A stretch of DNA of 64,000 nt from Macrostomum lignano (Eukaryota). Below are positions 25,018 through 36,640 of this stretch, in pieces. The stretch is from positions 62,001 through 126,000 of the forward strand of contig NIVC01001448.1 of the NCBI GenBank assembly GCA_002269645.1, written 5' to 3'. The notes below the pieces were generated by a model. The model was not told the DNA's origin. It made no database searches and saw nothing but the letters and a program-made list of their open reading frames with translations. The translations under genes and the position numbers were made by a program. Positions within the stretch are counted from its first letter, which is position 1. Every line of letters begins with the position of its first letter.

Positions 25018-28000
25018 TCAGTCTGACTCAGCCTTCCTTTTCCGGTCTCGACGTTGTGACTCGACTTTGAGGACTCCGGCTGCTGCATCAAGTCTGTCGA
25101 ACTTCATCAGTCTCATTCGACTGAGCTTGGCGTGAGTCCAGCTGTCTCTCTGCTCTGCTGCAGTTTCCATGGAAACCAGGCGACCCAAGTCGGCCCCGTC
25201 TCGCCGCAGCCTCGCCCTCGCCCACAGCCTCCGCTCCTCATCTTCCCTGCTGCGGTGAGCGCCGCTGTCGCTGCCGCTGCGGTACGAAACTCGCCACCGC
25301 TTCTGCCTGACCCAGCCGATCTTCTCCTCGTCCTGCGTCTCCATGGCGACGCGTCTCTTTTTCTCGATCATCTCCATCTGCTGCAGGCTGAGCTCCACGT
25401 GCTCGCGGCAGTCGCTGTAGTGAGCCAGAGTGAGCAGCTCCTCCAAGTCCGGGTCTCCAAGCATATCTTTCGAGTCCGAGTCTCCAAGCAGCTCTTCCGA
25501 GTCCGAGTCTCCAAGCATATCTTTCGAGTCCGAGTCTCCAAGCATCGCTTCCGAGTCCGGGTCTCCAAGCATATCTTTCGAGTCCGAGTCTCCAAGCAGC
25601 TCTTCCGAGTCCGAGTCTCCAAGCATATCTTTCGAGTCCGAGTCTCCAAGCATATCTTTCGAGTCCGAGTCTCCAAGCAGCTCTTCCGAGTCCGAGTCTC
25701 CAAGCATATCTTTCGAGTCCGAGTCTCCAAGCATCGCTTCCGAGTCCGGGTCTCCAAGCATATCTTTCGAGTCCGAGTCTCCAAGCAGCTCTTCCGAGTC
25801 CGAGTCTCCAAGCATATCTTTCGAGTCCGAGTCTCCAAGCATATCTTTCGAGTCCGAGTCTCCAAGCAGCTCTTCCGAGTCCGAGTCTCCAAGCATATCT
25901 TTCGAGTCCGAGTCTCCAAGCATATCTTTCGAGTCCGAGTCTCCAAGCATATCTTTCGAGTCCGAGTCTCCAAGCAGCTCTTCCGAGTCCGAGTCTCCAA
26001 GCATATCTTTCGAGTCCGGGTCTCCAAGCATATCTTTCGAGTCCGGGTCTCCAAGCAGCTCTTCCGAGTCCGAGTCTCCAAGCAGCTGTTCAATCCAATG
26101 ATCAAATGCGATTGCAGGTGCGCGATTGCGGAGCAGCTCAGCTTGGAGACTCCAGCTCAGGCAGCGGAAGTTCACGTACAGGTGGGAGGAGAGAGGCTGC
26201 GACAGTCTGGCTGTGAACAGAGTCTGCGTGAACTCGGGAAGGAATGGGAAGCGAGGCGGAGAGTCGCAGGGGAGGCAGAACCTCCATGCCCAGTCTGAGT
26301 CTTCTGGCAAATTAGTTTGGTCATAGTCTTCATCTCTTTGAATTTCCTGTTGCCTCAACCCTGACTTAACCTGATGTCTCTGCAGCTCCATCGTGAGTCT
26401 CTCAGCCTCCTCAGATTCTCCGAACTTCAAATGCGCCATGGCGGTCATGCACAGGGCGGCGCACTCGCAACGCTGCAGCTCATGCAGAAGACTGAGGTGC
26501 TTCATCAGGGTGTCTCTGTCGCTTGATTCCGACTGCAGCTCGCTCACACAGTGGTGCACCGCAATGTACACGTCTGCGAAAATAGTTTTATAACTTCCTT
26601 CCCTGATCTCCGTGACAGCAGGCGGTGCTGTCAGAGGCAGCAGAGTGAACGGGTGAAAGTAGAACTTCTCTGACTGCAGAGGTCTCACGAGTCCCCTAAG
26701 CTGCTTGGCCACTCCGCTGATGTCGCTTCTCAATTCACAAAGTCGGTCTCGAACCCTTGCCTTCGTGTTGTCGAAGTCGCCGCCGATTCCAGCGTTCTTG
26801 AAGTAGAGCGGAGCGTCGGGCATGAAGAAGTGCGGCATGCACTCATCGGGCGAGCTGCTCGAGTCGATGAAGTTCAGAATCATGTCGAGAGACTCCTTGA
26901 GCAGAGCGATCAGATTATGGGGCTGCCAAGCCTCAGTTTCAGGATCTGTGCCATGCTTCTCCAGCATTGTGAAGAGCAGAGTCTTTGCATGGTAGGTCTT
27001 GAGTCCAGGTGTGTCCAGAGTGAGAGGCAAGTGTCTCTTGAAGATGAACTTGATGAGTGTGAACAGCTGGCCCTGGACTGTGCTCAGCTGTCTCATGATG
27101 CGTTTCTCCTGGAAGCTGAAGCTCACTCTGAGCTCGTTGGTCGAGCTCGGTCTGGTCGCCCGCACGAGATGAACTGCATTGTCATTGTCACTTGTATCAA
27201 GCAGTTCTCTAATTCTGTCCTCACAGAAACTGCTGCAGCACCAGATCGCATGGCACGTGTCCTGTGCAGGCCGCACACCGCACGCCGTGGCTGTCACTGC
27301 AGGTTCGCTGCCTGCAGAGCACAGTGAGCGGAGAGTGGCTTTGTGGTGAGTGAAAAAGATGGCTTGGTTTGAAACTGCTTGCAGGGGCACCGCTATGGAG
27401 TTGATGGTGGGCAGAGAAAGAGGAACTGTGTCGTAACCCGGGTCGGTTTGGGTGCCCAGTCCCGAGTACAATATATATTATACGTGATATAACAGGCGTT
27501 GTGACGCTCTGTCTCTTTTATGAATACGAGCAGGCGTAACGACGCTCTGCGATAATAGTCCGATCGCTCTGGTGTTGTGACACTCAGAGTTCATGCTGCG
27601 GCTCGAGGTGTGGTGACACTCTCGAGTGCTTCTAGTCTCGATACTGTAGGTTGTACACACTATATAGAGTAGACGGTACAGTACTACAAAAGCTATATGA
27701 TCTCCCGGCGTTATGACGCTCTGGCAAGAACTCAGCCTAACAAGCTCCCAGAAAAGAAAGAACTCAAACAGCAGGCGGCTTACCAGCCGCAGCCAACCAG
27801 CCTGAGCAGGGGGCAGGGGCACGGCTGGGGAGGGGCACGCGCAAAGCCCGGCCGGCAGCCAGACCCTGCCACGCCCGCCAACCCCCCAACCAGCCCCAAA
27901 GTGCAACGCGCCCTGCCAACTGACAAGGATGCATGCACTACAAATGAATTTTACTTTCTGTCAGATCAGGTTTTCACGTATTGCGTATTGTAGGCATGCT

Positions 28001-30217
28001 TATAATGTGTGTGCATGGGATTGCATAATAATTGTTTCTATGAGAGAGGTGCGATCGGAGTAATTGGTTGCCACAATTTGTATTTAAAGCGAAATGAGTG
28101 CTGGGTGGTATTTCAGCAAGGTTTTGAACTCAGGTTGAAGTTGTGAACTCAGAAATTCGGCCACTCGGTATCGAATCAAAATGAATGATTATTGGACAAA
28201 TCCAACAAATCCTGCTGCATGCGGGTCTCAGCATTCTGATGATGAACCTGCCTCACTCACCTGCTCCCACTTCCACCTGTGCGTGGCCCTCCTTGACCTG
28301 CAGTCGAGTGGCGTCTCTGCAGAAGTCCCTTATTCCTTCGCAGCCACCTACCAGATGGAACTTTTGATTTTGCCCAGCAACCAGCACCGTCCAGTCAATG
28401 TCCGAGTCTGCAGCTGTCCTGCCGTTCACTTGCACCAGACTGTTGGCCCAGCCCTCTGCGTAGCTGCCCGTCATCTGCCTGTAATCCTGTGTGAGGTCTC
28501 GAGCGACTTCTTCCAGCCAGTCAGCCAGTCTATGCTGACACTTTGCTCTCTGCCAGGTGAATCCCGCCTTGCTGAGCAGTCGATGCAGCTCCTCGCTGAG
28601 GTCTTGCTCGGAGTGGTGTGAGAGTCTGGGTGGAGAGGTGAGAGTGGAGTCAATGGAGGCGGATTTAAAAATTGCAGTGGTTCAACCCAAGGGAGGAAGA
28701 CAGTCAGACTCACGGATGGAGGCGTTGAGCGGCTGGCTGTGGGTGCTGAGGGTTTCTGGAATGTGTGAACGAAAGCGAGGTAAGGTAGCGAAGTGATTGC
28801 AAGTAGAATGGCAAGTAATGGCAACTGACTCGATAGGATTCAGCAGCCACAGCACCTGCCGCTGCTCAAATCGCTGTGCGAGCTCCGCACACGTGAGGCC
28901 CTGACTGTCTCGATGGCTGGCATCGGCTCCATAGTCGATGAGAGTCTTGGCTGCTCGCACGTGACCGGCTTGGCAGGCTCGTGACAGAGCAGTGCGACCG
29001 TGAGTGTCTTGAGCGTGGAGTGAGGCGCCGAAATCGATGAGTTTGTGAATGAGTTCGTGATGACCTGCATCAGCTGCGAGCATGAGAGCGGTGGCTCCGG
29101 TGTTGTCGTCTGGGAGATCGACTTGCTGTGTGCTGAATCGCTCATGATTGAGCAGCGGGGCGGCAAGAGCGACGTGTCTTTGGGAGATGGAGAGACGGAG
29201 CAGGCGTGTGATTTGAGCCGGCTGAATTTGAGAAAGGGTGTCGGTGAGAACGGAGTTCCTGCCTTCGATGGCCATAGCAGCAGTGAAGCTGAGGATGGTG
29301 TTGGATTGAAAGAGCCATTGGGGCTCGAGGCCGAGAAAGGCAACGACATTTTCGTGAAGACGAGAGCAAGACTTGACTGCGCATTGGAAACGGAGCTTCG
29401 CTTTTAGATCGTCACTTGAGAGACGAGAGATGAGAGACTTGACGATTTTAAAGTGACCATTGTCTGCAGCAGATTCGGCAGCTTTGATGCAGCAGGTGTC
29501 CCTGTTTGATTGGCCATTGATTTGTGAGAGGAGAAACTCGACGATTTCAAAGTGACCATTGTCTGCAGCAGATTCGGCAGCTTTGATGCAGCAGGTGTCC
29601 CTGTTTGATTCGTCATTGATTTGTGAGAGGAGAAACTCGACGATTTCAAAGTGACCATAATTTGCAGCATTTTCGGCAGCTTTGATGCAGCAGGTTTCCC
29701 TGTTTGATTGGTCATTGATTTGTGAGAGAAAATGCTTGACGTCTTCAAAGTGACCACAAACTGCAGCAATTTCGGCAGCTTTGATGCAGCAAGTGTCCCT
29801 GTTTGATTCGTCATTGATTTGTGAGAGAAAATGCTTGACGTCTTCAAAGTGACCACAAACTGCAGCAATTTCGGCAGCTTTGATGCAGCAAGTGTCCCTG
29901 TTTGATTTGTCATTGATTTTTGAGAGGAGAAACTCGACGATTTCAAAGTGATCATTTTCTGCCGCTTTTTCGGCAGCTTTGATGCAGCAGGTGTCCCTGT
30001 TTGATTTGTCATTGATTTTTGAGAGGAGAAACTCGACGATTTCAAAGTGATCATTTTCTGCCGCTTTTTCGGCAGCATTGATGCAGCAGGTGTCCCTGTT
30101 TGATTGGTCATTGATTTGTGAGAGGAAAGAGGTGACGTCTTCAAAGCGACCATTGCGTGCAGCATCAATAATGTTTTCGGTGGTCTCTCGCTGATGTCGG
30201 CTTTGATTTTGGTCCAT
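25018..30217 (-). CDS. ankyrin-repeat + Mab-21/cGAS-like nucleotidyltransferase (cGLR), paralog 1; predicted exons 30217-28714, 28602-28261, 27311-25018 (about 1379 aa)
   Basis: About 8 33-aa ANK-like units, canonical ANKs (ALMLAADAGHHELIHKLIDFGA; GRTALSRACQAGH), NTase motif TGSYAEG..DSDIDW, Mab-21 motifs LRVSFSFQEK..VQGQLFTLIKFIFK, LKTYHAKTLLF, CMPHFFMP. GTGAGT donors at 28713 and 28260, ctctgcag acceptor at 27312. The exon-2 acceptor is uncertain (see finding). Confidence 0.85.
25440..26085 (-). repeat. in-frame 27-bp coding minisatellite (23 extra DSDSKDMLG/DSDSEELLG units) inside cGLR paralog 1
   Basis: Counted from the ORF. Paralogs have a single LLGDPDLEELL. Confidence 0.95.
29410..30160 (-). 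repeat. 99-bp coding tandem repeat (about 8 ankyrin-like units)
   Basis: SQINDQSNRDTCCIKAAEKAAxNGHFEIVEFL units. Confidence 0.9.
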
Positions 30218-30239
30218 TGTTCTGGAGAGCGGAATTGGA

Positions 30240-30960
30240 TGAAAAAAATAAAGTGGGAAAGAAACAGAAAGGCACTAAGAAGAAAGTCAGAAAGAGGGGA
30301 GGAAGAGAGAGGAAGGAAGAAAGAGGGGGAGAAAGAGGGGAGGGATAAAGATTGAAGGGAGGGAGAAAGAGAGAGGGAGGGAGAAAGAGGGAAGGGAGGG
30401 AGAGAGAGAGGAGGGAGGGAGGGAGAAAGAGGGGAGGGAGAAAGAGGCGGGAGAAGAGGGGAGGGAGAAAGAGGGAGGGAAGGAGGGAGGGGAAGGAGGC
30501 GGGAGAAAGAGGGAGGGGAAGGAGGAGAGGGAGAAAGAGGCGAGGGAGGGAGGGAGAGAGAGAGAGGAGGGAGGGAGGAGGGAGGGAGGAGGGAGGGAGA
30601 GAGAGGGGAGGGAGGGAGAAAGAGGGGGAGAAAGAGGGAGGGGGAAGGAGGGGAGGGAGAAAGAGGGAGGGAGGAAGAGAGAGGGGAGGGAGGGAGGGAG
30701 AAAGAGGCGGGAGAAGAGGGGAGGGAGAAGGAGGGGAGGGAGAAAGAGGGAGGGGAAGGAGGGGAGGAAGAAAGAGGGAGCCTGAAAGAGGGGGGGGAGA
30801 AGTAGGGGAGGGAGGGAGAAAGAACGGGAGAAAGAGAGAAGGGAGAAAGAAAGAGGAGGGAGAAAGAGAGAAAGGGGAGAAAGAGGGGAGGGAGAAAGAG
30901 AGAAAGGGGAGAAAGAGGGGAGGGAGAAAGAGAGAAAGGGGAGAAAGAGGGGAGGGAGGG
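30240..30960. repeat. about 720-bp near-pure polypurine (GGGA/GAGA) tract directly upstream of the cGLR paralog 1 start
   Basis: Almost exclusively G/A on the + strand. Confidence 0.95.
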
Positions 30961-31145
30961 AGCTGTCAGGCTGTCAGTCACTGAATGTTCATGAGGTAGC
31001 TGTCAGGCTGTCAGTCACTGAATGTTCATGAGGGAGCTGTCAGGCTGTCAGTCACTGAATGTTCATGAGGTAGCTGTCAGGCTGTCAGTCACTGAATGTT
31101 CATGAGGGAGCTGTCAGGCTGTCAGTCACTGAATGTTCATGAGGG
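30960..31145. repeat. 37-bp satellite family, array 2 (beside the block junction)
   Basis: Same unit as 23865-24315. Confidence 0.9.
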
Positions 31146-32351
31146 AGAAGAAAGGGAGGTGGAGAAGAGAGGGAGGGAGGGAGAAGAAAGGGAGGGGGAG
31201 AAGAGAGGGAGGGGGAGAAGAGAGGGAGGGGGAGAAGAAACGGAGGGAGGGATTTTTAATTTGTTTTACTGTGGCTCTCGTGTTTGCCCCACAATGCGTG
31301 CTTGCGTCACCTTGCAGCTGAGCTCTGCAGCCGCTCCATGTAGCTTTTGGTTCCGCAAATATAAGCCCGATATTTACTCAGATCTGACGCGATTTGTCTG
31401 TTGACTGTCTCCGTGTTGGTTTCGCTTTCAATACTGAGGTCTTCAGCTCCATCACCCAGCTGCCCAGATCCTCAGCATCACCCAGCTGCCCAGATCCTCA
31501 GCTGCATCACCCAGCTGCCCAGCTCCTCAGCTGCATCACCCACCTGCCCAGCTCCTCAGCTCCATCACCCAGCTGCCAAGATCCTCAGCTCCATCATCCA
31601 TCTGCCCAGATCCTCTATGGTTGCTATATCTAATCCACAAAAAATTAATCTACGAAGTTACAAAATTCCTTACTATCTACTTCCTATTTAATCAGTAGTG
31701 TACCTGAACTATGAGCAGAGAAATGTGCTGCAATTGGCGCGATTCTCGTAAAAAAGCAGAGTTCCCCATGGCTATTATGATGTTAAATCTTTGAGCATAC
31801 GCTCGTACATACTACTAACTGATCTATACTTAGTAGTACGAGTATAAGGCGTTTTGATAGGATGCCTAAGGCTGCTTGTTAGTAGTTTCAGAGGTCAGTT
31901 ATAGTGTCAGGGTGCCTGAGCTGGATCAGGATGTCAGAAGCTGGGTCAGGATGTCAGAAGCTGGGTCAGGATTTCAGAAGCTGGGTCAGAATGTCAGAAG
32001 CTGGGTCAGGATTTCAGAAGCTGGGTCAGGATGTCAGAAGCTGGGTCAGGATGTCAGAAGCTGTGTCAGGATTTCAGAAGCTGGGTCAGGATGTCAGAAG
32101 CTGGGTCAGGATGTCAGAAGCTGTGTCAGGATTTCAGAAGCTGGATCAGGATGTCAGAAGCTGGGTCAGGATGTCAGAAGCTGTGTCAGGATGCCAGAAG
32201 CTATGTCAGGATTTCAGAAGCTGGGTCAGGATGTCAGAAGCTGGGCGTCAGGCTGTCAGCTGTTCAGCTCGCCCCAAACCGCACTGTCGCGGCCACTCAC
32301 TACTTGCAGTAGCGGGTGTCAGCCGGCAGGAAGCGGCACAGAAAGTACACA

Positions 32352-35300
32352 ATGTACGACAGCGGCAACCACAAAGAATCGCACAGCAGGGAGGACATCT
32401 GCTGCCGGCTGTTCATCGGAGGCCTGTCCCCGTCAGTGACCTCTGACAGCCTGCACAAGTACTTCAGCCAGTACGGCACTGTGCAGCACTGCAATGTGCC
32501 CAAGGACCCCAAGACTCAGAGATCCAAGGGCTACGGCTTTCTGACGTACAAGGACCGGGAGAGTGTGGACTCCGCCCAGCTGCACCGGCCTCACGTGCTG
32601 GATGGTCGCCAGGTGCGAGGCTGAGTTGTGTGGGCGGCTTTTGAGTAGCCTTGAAGTTGAACTGGCTCAGAATCTGCTGCTCAACTGCCTGCTGAGCAGA
32701 GCTGGTTAACTGGCTCAGAATCTGCTGCTCAACTGCCTGCTGAGCAGAGCTGGTTAACTGGCTCAGAATCAGCTGCTCAACTGCCTGCTGAGCAGAGCTG
32801 GTTAACTGAGTCGCCTGAACTGGCACTGAAAATCGCTCACCAAAAATCGCCCTAAGTCGCCCCAAAATCGCCCCAAATCGCCCCAAAATCGCCCCAGGTC
32901 GAGACGAAGCGCGCGATGCCCCGCGAAGAAGCCAACAACCCGGAGGCGCACATCACCACCAAGAAGCTGTTTGTCGGCGCCCTTCGCAATGTTCATGAGG
33001 GAGCTGTCAGGCTGTCAGTCATTGCCGGAGTATGCAATATTTTAAATCATCAAAGTACATTTAATACAGTATATTCATTAGGAACATGTACAGTACAGTA
33101 AAATTTCTCAAACAGCTCGCGCAAAAGCCAGTTAAGTTTAAAAAGTTAAACATGTAAATATTTAAAATGAACATTTTTGATTTAAAAACAAAATTTATTA
33201 AAAAGGCGGAGAGGCTTACAAAATTCCGAGTTCAACTCAAGCTGCTGCATCAAGTCTCTCCAGCTGGCTGCTGGCTGAGGAGGTGCCGGCTGACCTTTGA
33301 TGCTATTGTGACCTTGCAGCCTTTTATGTACTTTTATTCTTGTCTTCAGGGATTTTGCAGGTGATTCACTGTAGGATTCTCATTTTGTATTTAGGAATTT
33401 ACTTTTGTTAACTCAAAATCATGAAAGCTCTTAGCACGCGGCAGTTTGAAGGCAGCATTGAGGGGCAGAAAGCACAGAGGGTAAGATCGAGAACTGAGGC
33501 ACGAACTCTTCCATTATTTTCAAATTTGTGTGTTAACTGAAAAAAGCAAGCAAACAGACTACAAATGTATTTTAGCAAAGTAACAAAATGATGAATTGCA
33601 AATTGGGGAATTTTATCATTTCGTCGATATCTGACGAGCTGAGGGTGGGATTTCATGAGGGAGCTGTCAGGCTGTCAGTCACTGAGTGTTCATGAGGGAG
33701 CTGTCAGGCTGTCAGTCACTGAATGTTTATGAGGGAGCTGTCAGGCTGTCAGTCAGTGAATGTTCATGAGGGGGCTGTCAGGCTGTCAGTCACTGAATGT
33801 TCATTAGGGAGCTGTCAGGCTGTCAGTCACTGAATGTTCATGAGAAGCTGTCAGGGGGACGCTTTCATAAAACATAAATTTCACAACGCCTAAATTTAAT
33901 AACGCCTAAACCCAAAAATGCAGCGTCCTTCACATCGCCTAAATCTCAAAACGCCTAAAATTTTTGCTAATTAAAAATTTTAATGTTTTGAAATTTAGGC
34001 GATATGAAATTTAGGCGTTGTGAAGTCATGTGCTTTAGGCATTGTGAAATTTAAGCCTTAGAAAGCGCCCCCCTGTCAGGCTGTCAGTCACTGAAGGGTA
34101 CATGAGTACCTGATGAAAGTACATAAAATTAATTTGCAGACTGATTGAGCTGAATTTATGAGCAGGTACTTAAATAATCAGGGAGCATGTACACACAGCA
34201 TTTTAAGCTATCAAAGAACATCTAAAATATTTATCAGTAACATATGCAGTAAAAGTTTCTCGAAAAGCCCCCCAAATCCAGAAAACCTTTAAAAATTACG
34301 AGTTCAACTCAAGCTGCTGCATCAAGTCTCTCCAGCTTCTCCCTGACCCAACAGACCTTTGAATTTTCCAGGTTCATGCAGATAACTGCTACCTGTGCAT
34401 TTGGCTTGAATATTTCATTAAACAGCAGTGGCAATTGGGTATTGAAGTCCGCAAAACAAAATCGCAGAGAAAAGCCCGCATCAAAGCAGACACGCAGTTT
34501 GAAGGGAAAAAGCTATTCAGCATGCAGTGTGAATTGAATCGCAGCAAAAATGTACAAAACTGCAGTTCATAGCATGAGGGCTGCTCGCACTCCATTCCAT
34601 TTCCAGAGTAAATTGTATTCGCAACGAAAATAGCACCAGGCAGTCAGTCTGACTCGGCCTTCCTTTTACGACCTCGACTTTGCGACTCGACTTTGAGGAC
34701 TCCGGATGCTGCATCAAGTCCCTCCAGCTTCTGCCTGACCCAGCCGATCTTCTCCTCGTCCTGCGTCTCCATGGCGACGCGTCTCTCTTTCTCGATCATC
34801 TCCATCTGCTGCAGGCTGAGCTCCACGTGCTCGCGGCAGTCGCTGTAGTGAGCCAGAGTGAGCAGCTCCTCCAAGTCCGGGTCTCCAAGCAGCTGTTCAA
34901 TCCAATGATCGAATGCGATTGCAGGTGCGCGATTGCGGAGCAGCTCAGCTTGGAGACTCCAGCTCAGGCAGCGGAAGTTCACGTACAGGTGGGAGGAGAG
35001 AGGCTGCGACAGTCTGGCTGTGAACAGAGTCTGCGTGAACTCGGGAAGGAATGGGAAGCGAGGTGGACAGTCGCAGGGGAGGCAGAACCTCCATGCCCAG
35101 TCTAAAACTTTTGGCAGTCTTATACTTTTTAGCAAAATACCCTCTTCATAAATATCCTGTGGCTCCAACCCTGACTCAACCTGATGTCTCTGAAGCTCCA
35201 TCGCGAGTCTCTTAGCCTCCTCAGATTCTCCGAACTTCAAATGCGCCATGGCGGTCATGCACAGGGCGGCGCACTTGCACCACTGCAGATGATTCAGGAG

Positions 35301-36640
35301 ACTGAGCTGCCTCATCAGGGTGTCTCTGTCACTCGATTCTGACTGCAGCTCGCTCACACACTGGTGCACCACACTGTACACGTCTGCGAACTTGTAGTAA
35401 AACTCATAGTGACCACTTCCATAGTGACGCTGAGCAGAGCTGGTTAACTGGCTCAGAATCAGCTGCTCAACTGCCTGCTGAGCAGAGCTGGTTAACTGGC
35501 TCAGAATCAGCTGCTCAACTGCCTGCTGAGCAGAGCTGGTTAACTGGCTCAGAATTAGCTGCTCAACAGCCTGCTGAGCACAGCTGGTTAACTGGCTCAG
35601 AATCAGCTGCTCAACTGCCTGCTGACCAGAGCTGGTCAACTGAGTCGCCTGAACTGGCACTGAAAATCGCTCACCAAAATCGCCCTAAGTCGCCCCCAAA
35701 ATCGCCCCAGGTCGAGACTAAGCGCGCGATGCCCCGCGAAGAAGCCAACAACCCGGAGGCGCACATCACCACCAAGAAGCTGTTTGTCGGCGCCCTTCGC
35801 AAGGACGTCACCGACCAGCTGCTGCGGGACTATTTCTCAGCCTACGGCACCATTGTCGACGCGTACATCGTCAGGGACAACGCCACGGGAGACAGTCGCG
35901 GCTTCGGCTTCGTCGTGTTCGATGACTATGACCCCGTGGACAAAGTGATGCTGTACAAGCCTCACCTGCTGCGCGCTGGAGGCTCAGTCAGCATCACGGA
36001 CGTGAAGAAAGGCCTCACCAAGGAGGAGCTGGCCAGCGCGCACCTTCGCGAGCAGCAGCAGTCTCGCGGCGGCGGCAGCAGCGGGGGCGGCAGCGGCAGC
36101 GGCATGCAGGCCAACATGGGCGGCCCTCCCGGCGCTATGATGATGTCAGGCGGTGCCATGGGGCCCTGGGGTCCCATGATGGGACCCATGATGGGCGGCG
36201 GCAGCGGACCGAAGCCGCAGCAGCAGCAGCACGGAAAGCAGCCGCAGGCCGCGTCTTCAAAGCCCTCCAAGAGTCCCGCTGGGGTTGGCGGCGGCGGCGG
36301 CCCAGGACCCAACGGCATGGGCGGCCCTGGCGGCTCGATGGGACCCTACGGACCCATGGGCATGATGGGCATGATGGGACCCGGTCCCATGGGTCCTATG
36401 GGCATGATGGGACCAGGTCCAATGGGCCCAATGGGCATGATGGGACCAGGTCCTATGGGTCCAATGGGCATGATGGGACCAGGTCCCATGGGCCCGATGG
36501 GCATGATGGGACCTGGCTTCGGGTTCTATCCGAATCAGTGCGGTGGCTACGGACCGATGGGGCGCGGAGGCTGGGGCGGATTCCGCAGCTCGCCCTATTC
36601 AATGATGCCGCCGCACAGAACCCGCAGCAACTCCACCTGA
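32352..36640 (+). CDS. hnRNP A/B gene 1 copy 2; exon 1 32352-32612, complete exon 2 35711-36640 (about 396 aa); intron holds a truncated exon-2 copy and an antisense cGLR fragment
   Basis: Exon 1 near-identical to 14698-14958 with donor gtgcga at 32613; intact acceptor cccag|GTC at 35711; ORF 35729-36640 near-identical to 15575-16522. Confidence 0.85.
32898..32989 (+). pseudogene. truncated duplicate of hnRNP gene 1 exon 2 (92 nt) with intact splice acceptor
   Basis: cccag|GTCGAGACGAAGCGC..GCCCTTCGCAA then an abrupt switch to the 37-bp satellite (tgttcatgagg). Confidence 0.9.
32990..35100. repeat. near-identical direct duplicate of 43430-45540 (cGLR 3' end and downstream region)
   Basis: Offset 10440-10441 throughout; the same MITE and satellites; only isolated differences seen. 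Confidence 0.95.
33854..34073. mobile_element. 220-bp MITE inserted in the 37-bp satellite
   Basis: TIR GGGGGACGCTTTC / GAAAGCGCCCCCC (12/13), apparent 5-bp TSD tgtca (33849-33853; 34074-34078), internal subterminal repeats cgcctaaa (left) and tttaggc (right). Confidence 0.85.
34644..35428 (-). pseudogene. 5'-truncated C-terminal fragment of a third cGLR paralog
   Basis: KFADVYSVVHQCVSELQSE..WAWRFCLP..RKRKAESD*. The 5' end is fused to the 48-bp hnRNP intron satellite; the ORF start at 35660 is a GTG in intron sequence. Confidence 0.85.

Noticed and set aside
25132-26298. Plus-strand RVRVSKH and SSSESES ORFs, and the minus CLETRTRK ORF
   Set aside because: Antisense or off-frame shadows of the 27-bp coding repeat.
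29404-30984. 525-aa minus and 210-aa plus ORFs (PPSLS / GGRKRE)
   Set aside because: Translation of the polypurine tract plus an off-frame read of the ankyrin repeats.
34644-35660. 338-aa chimeric ORF as a real new gene
   Set aside because: It begins at a GTG inside the antisense hnRNP intron and lacks the catalytic GS/DxD region; kept only as a pseudogene fragment.
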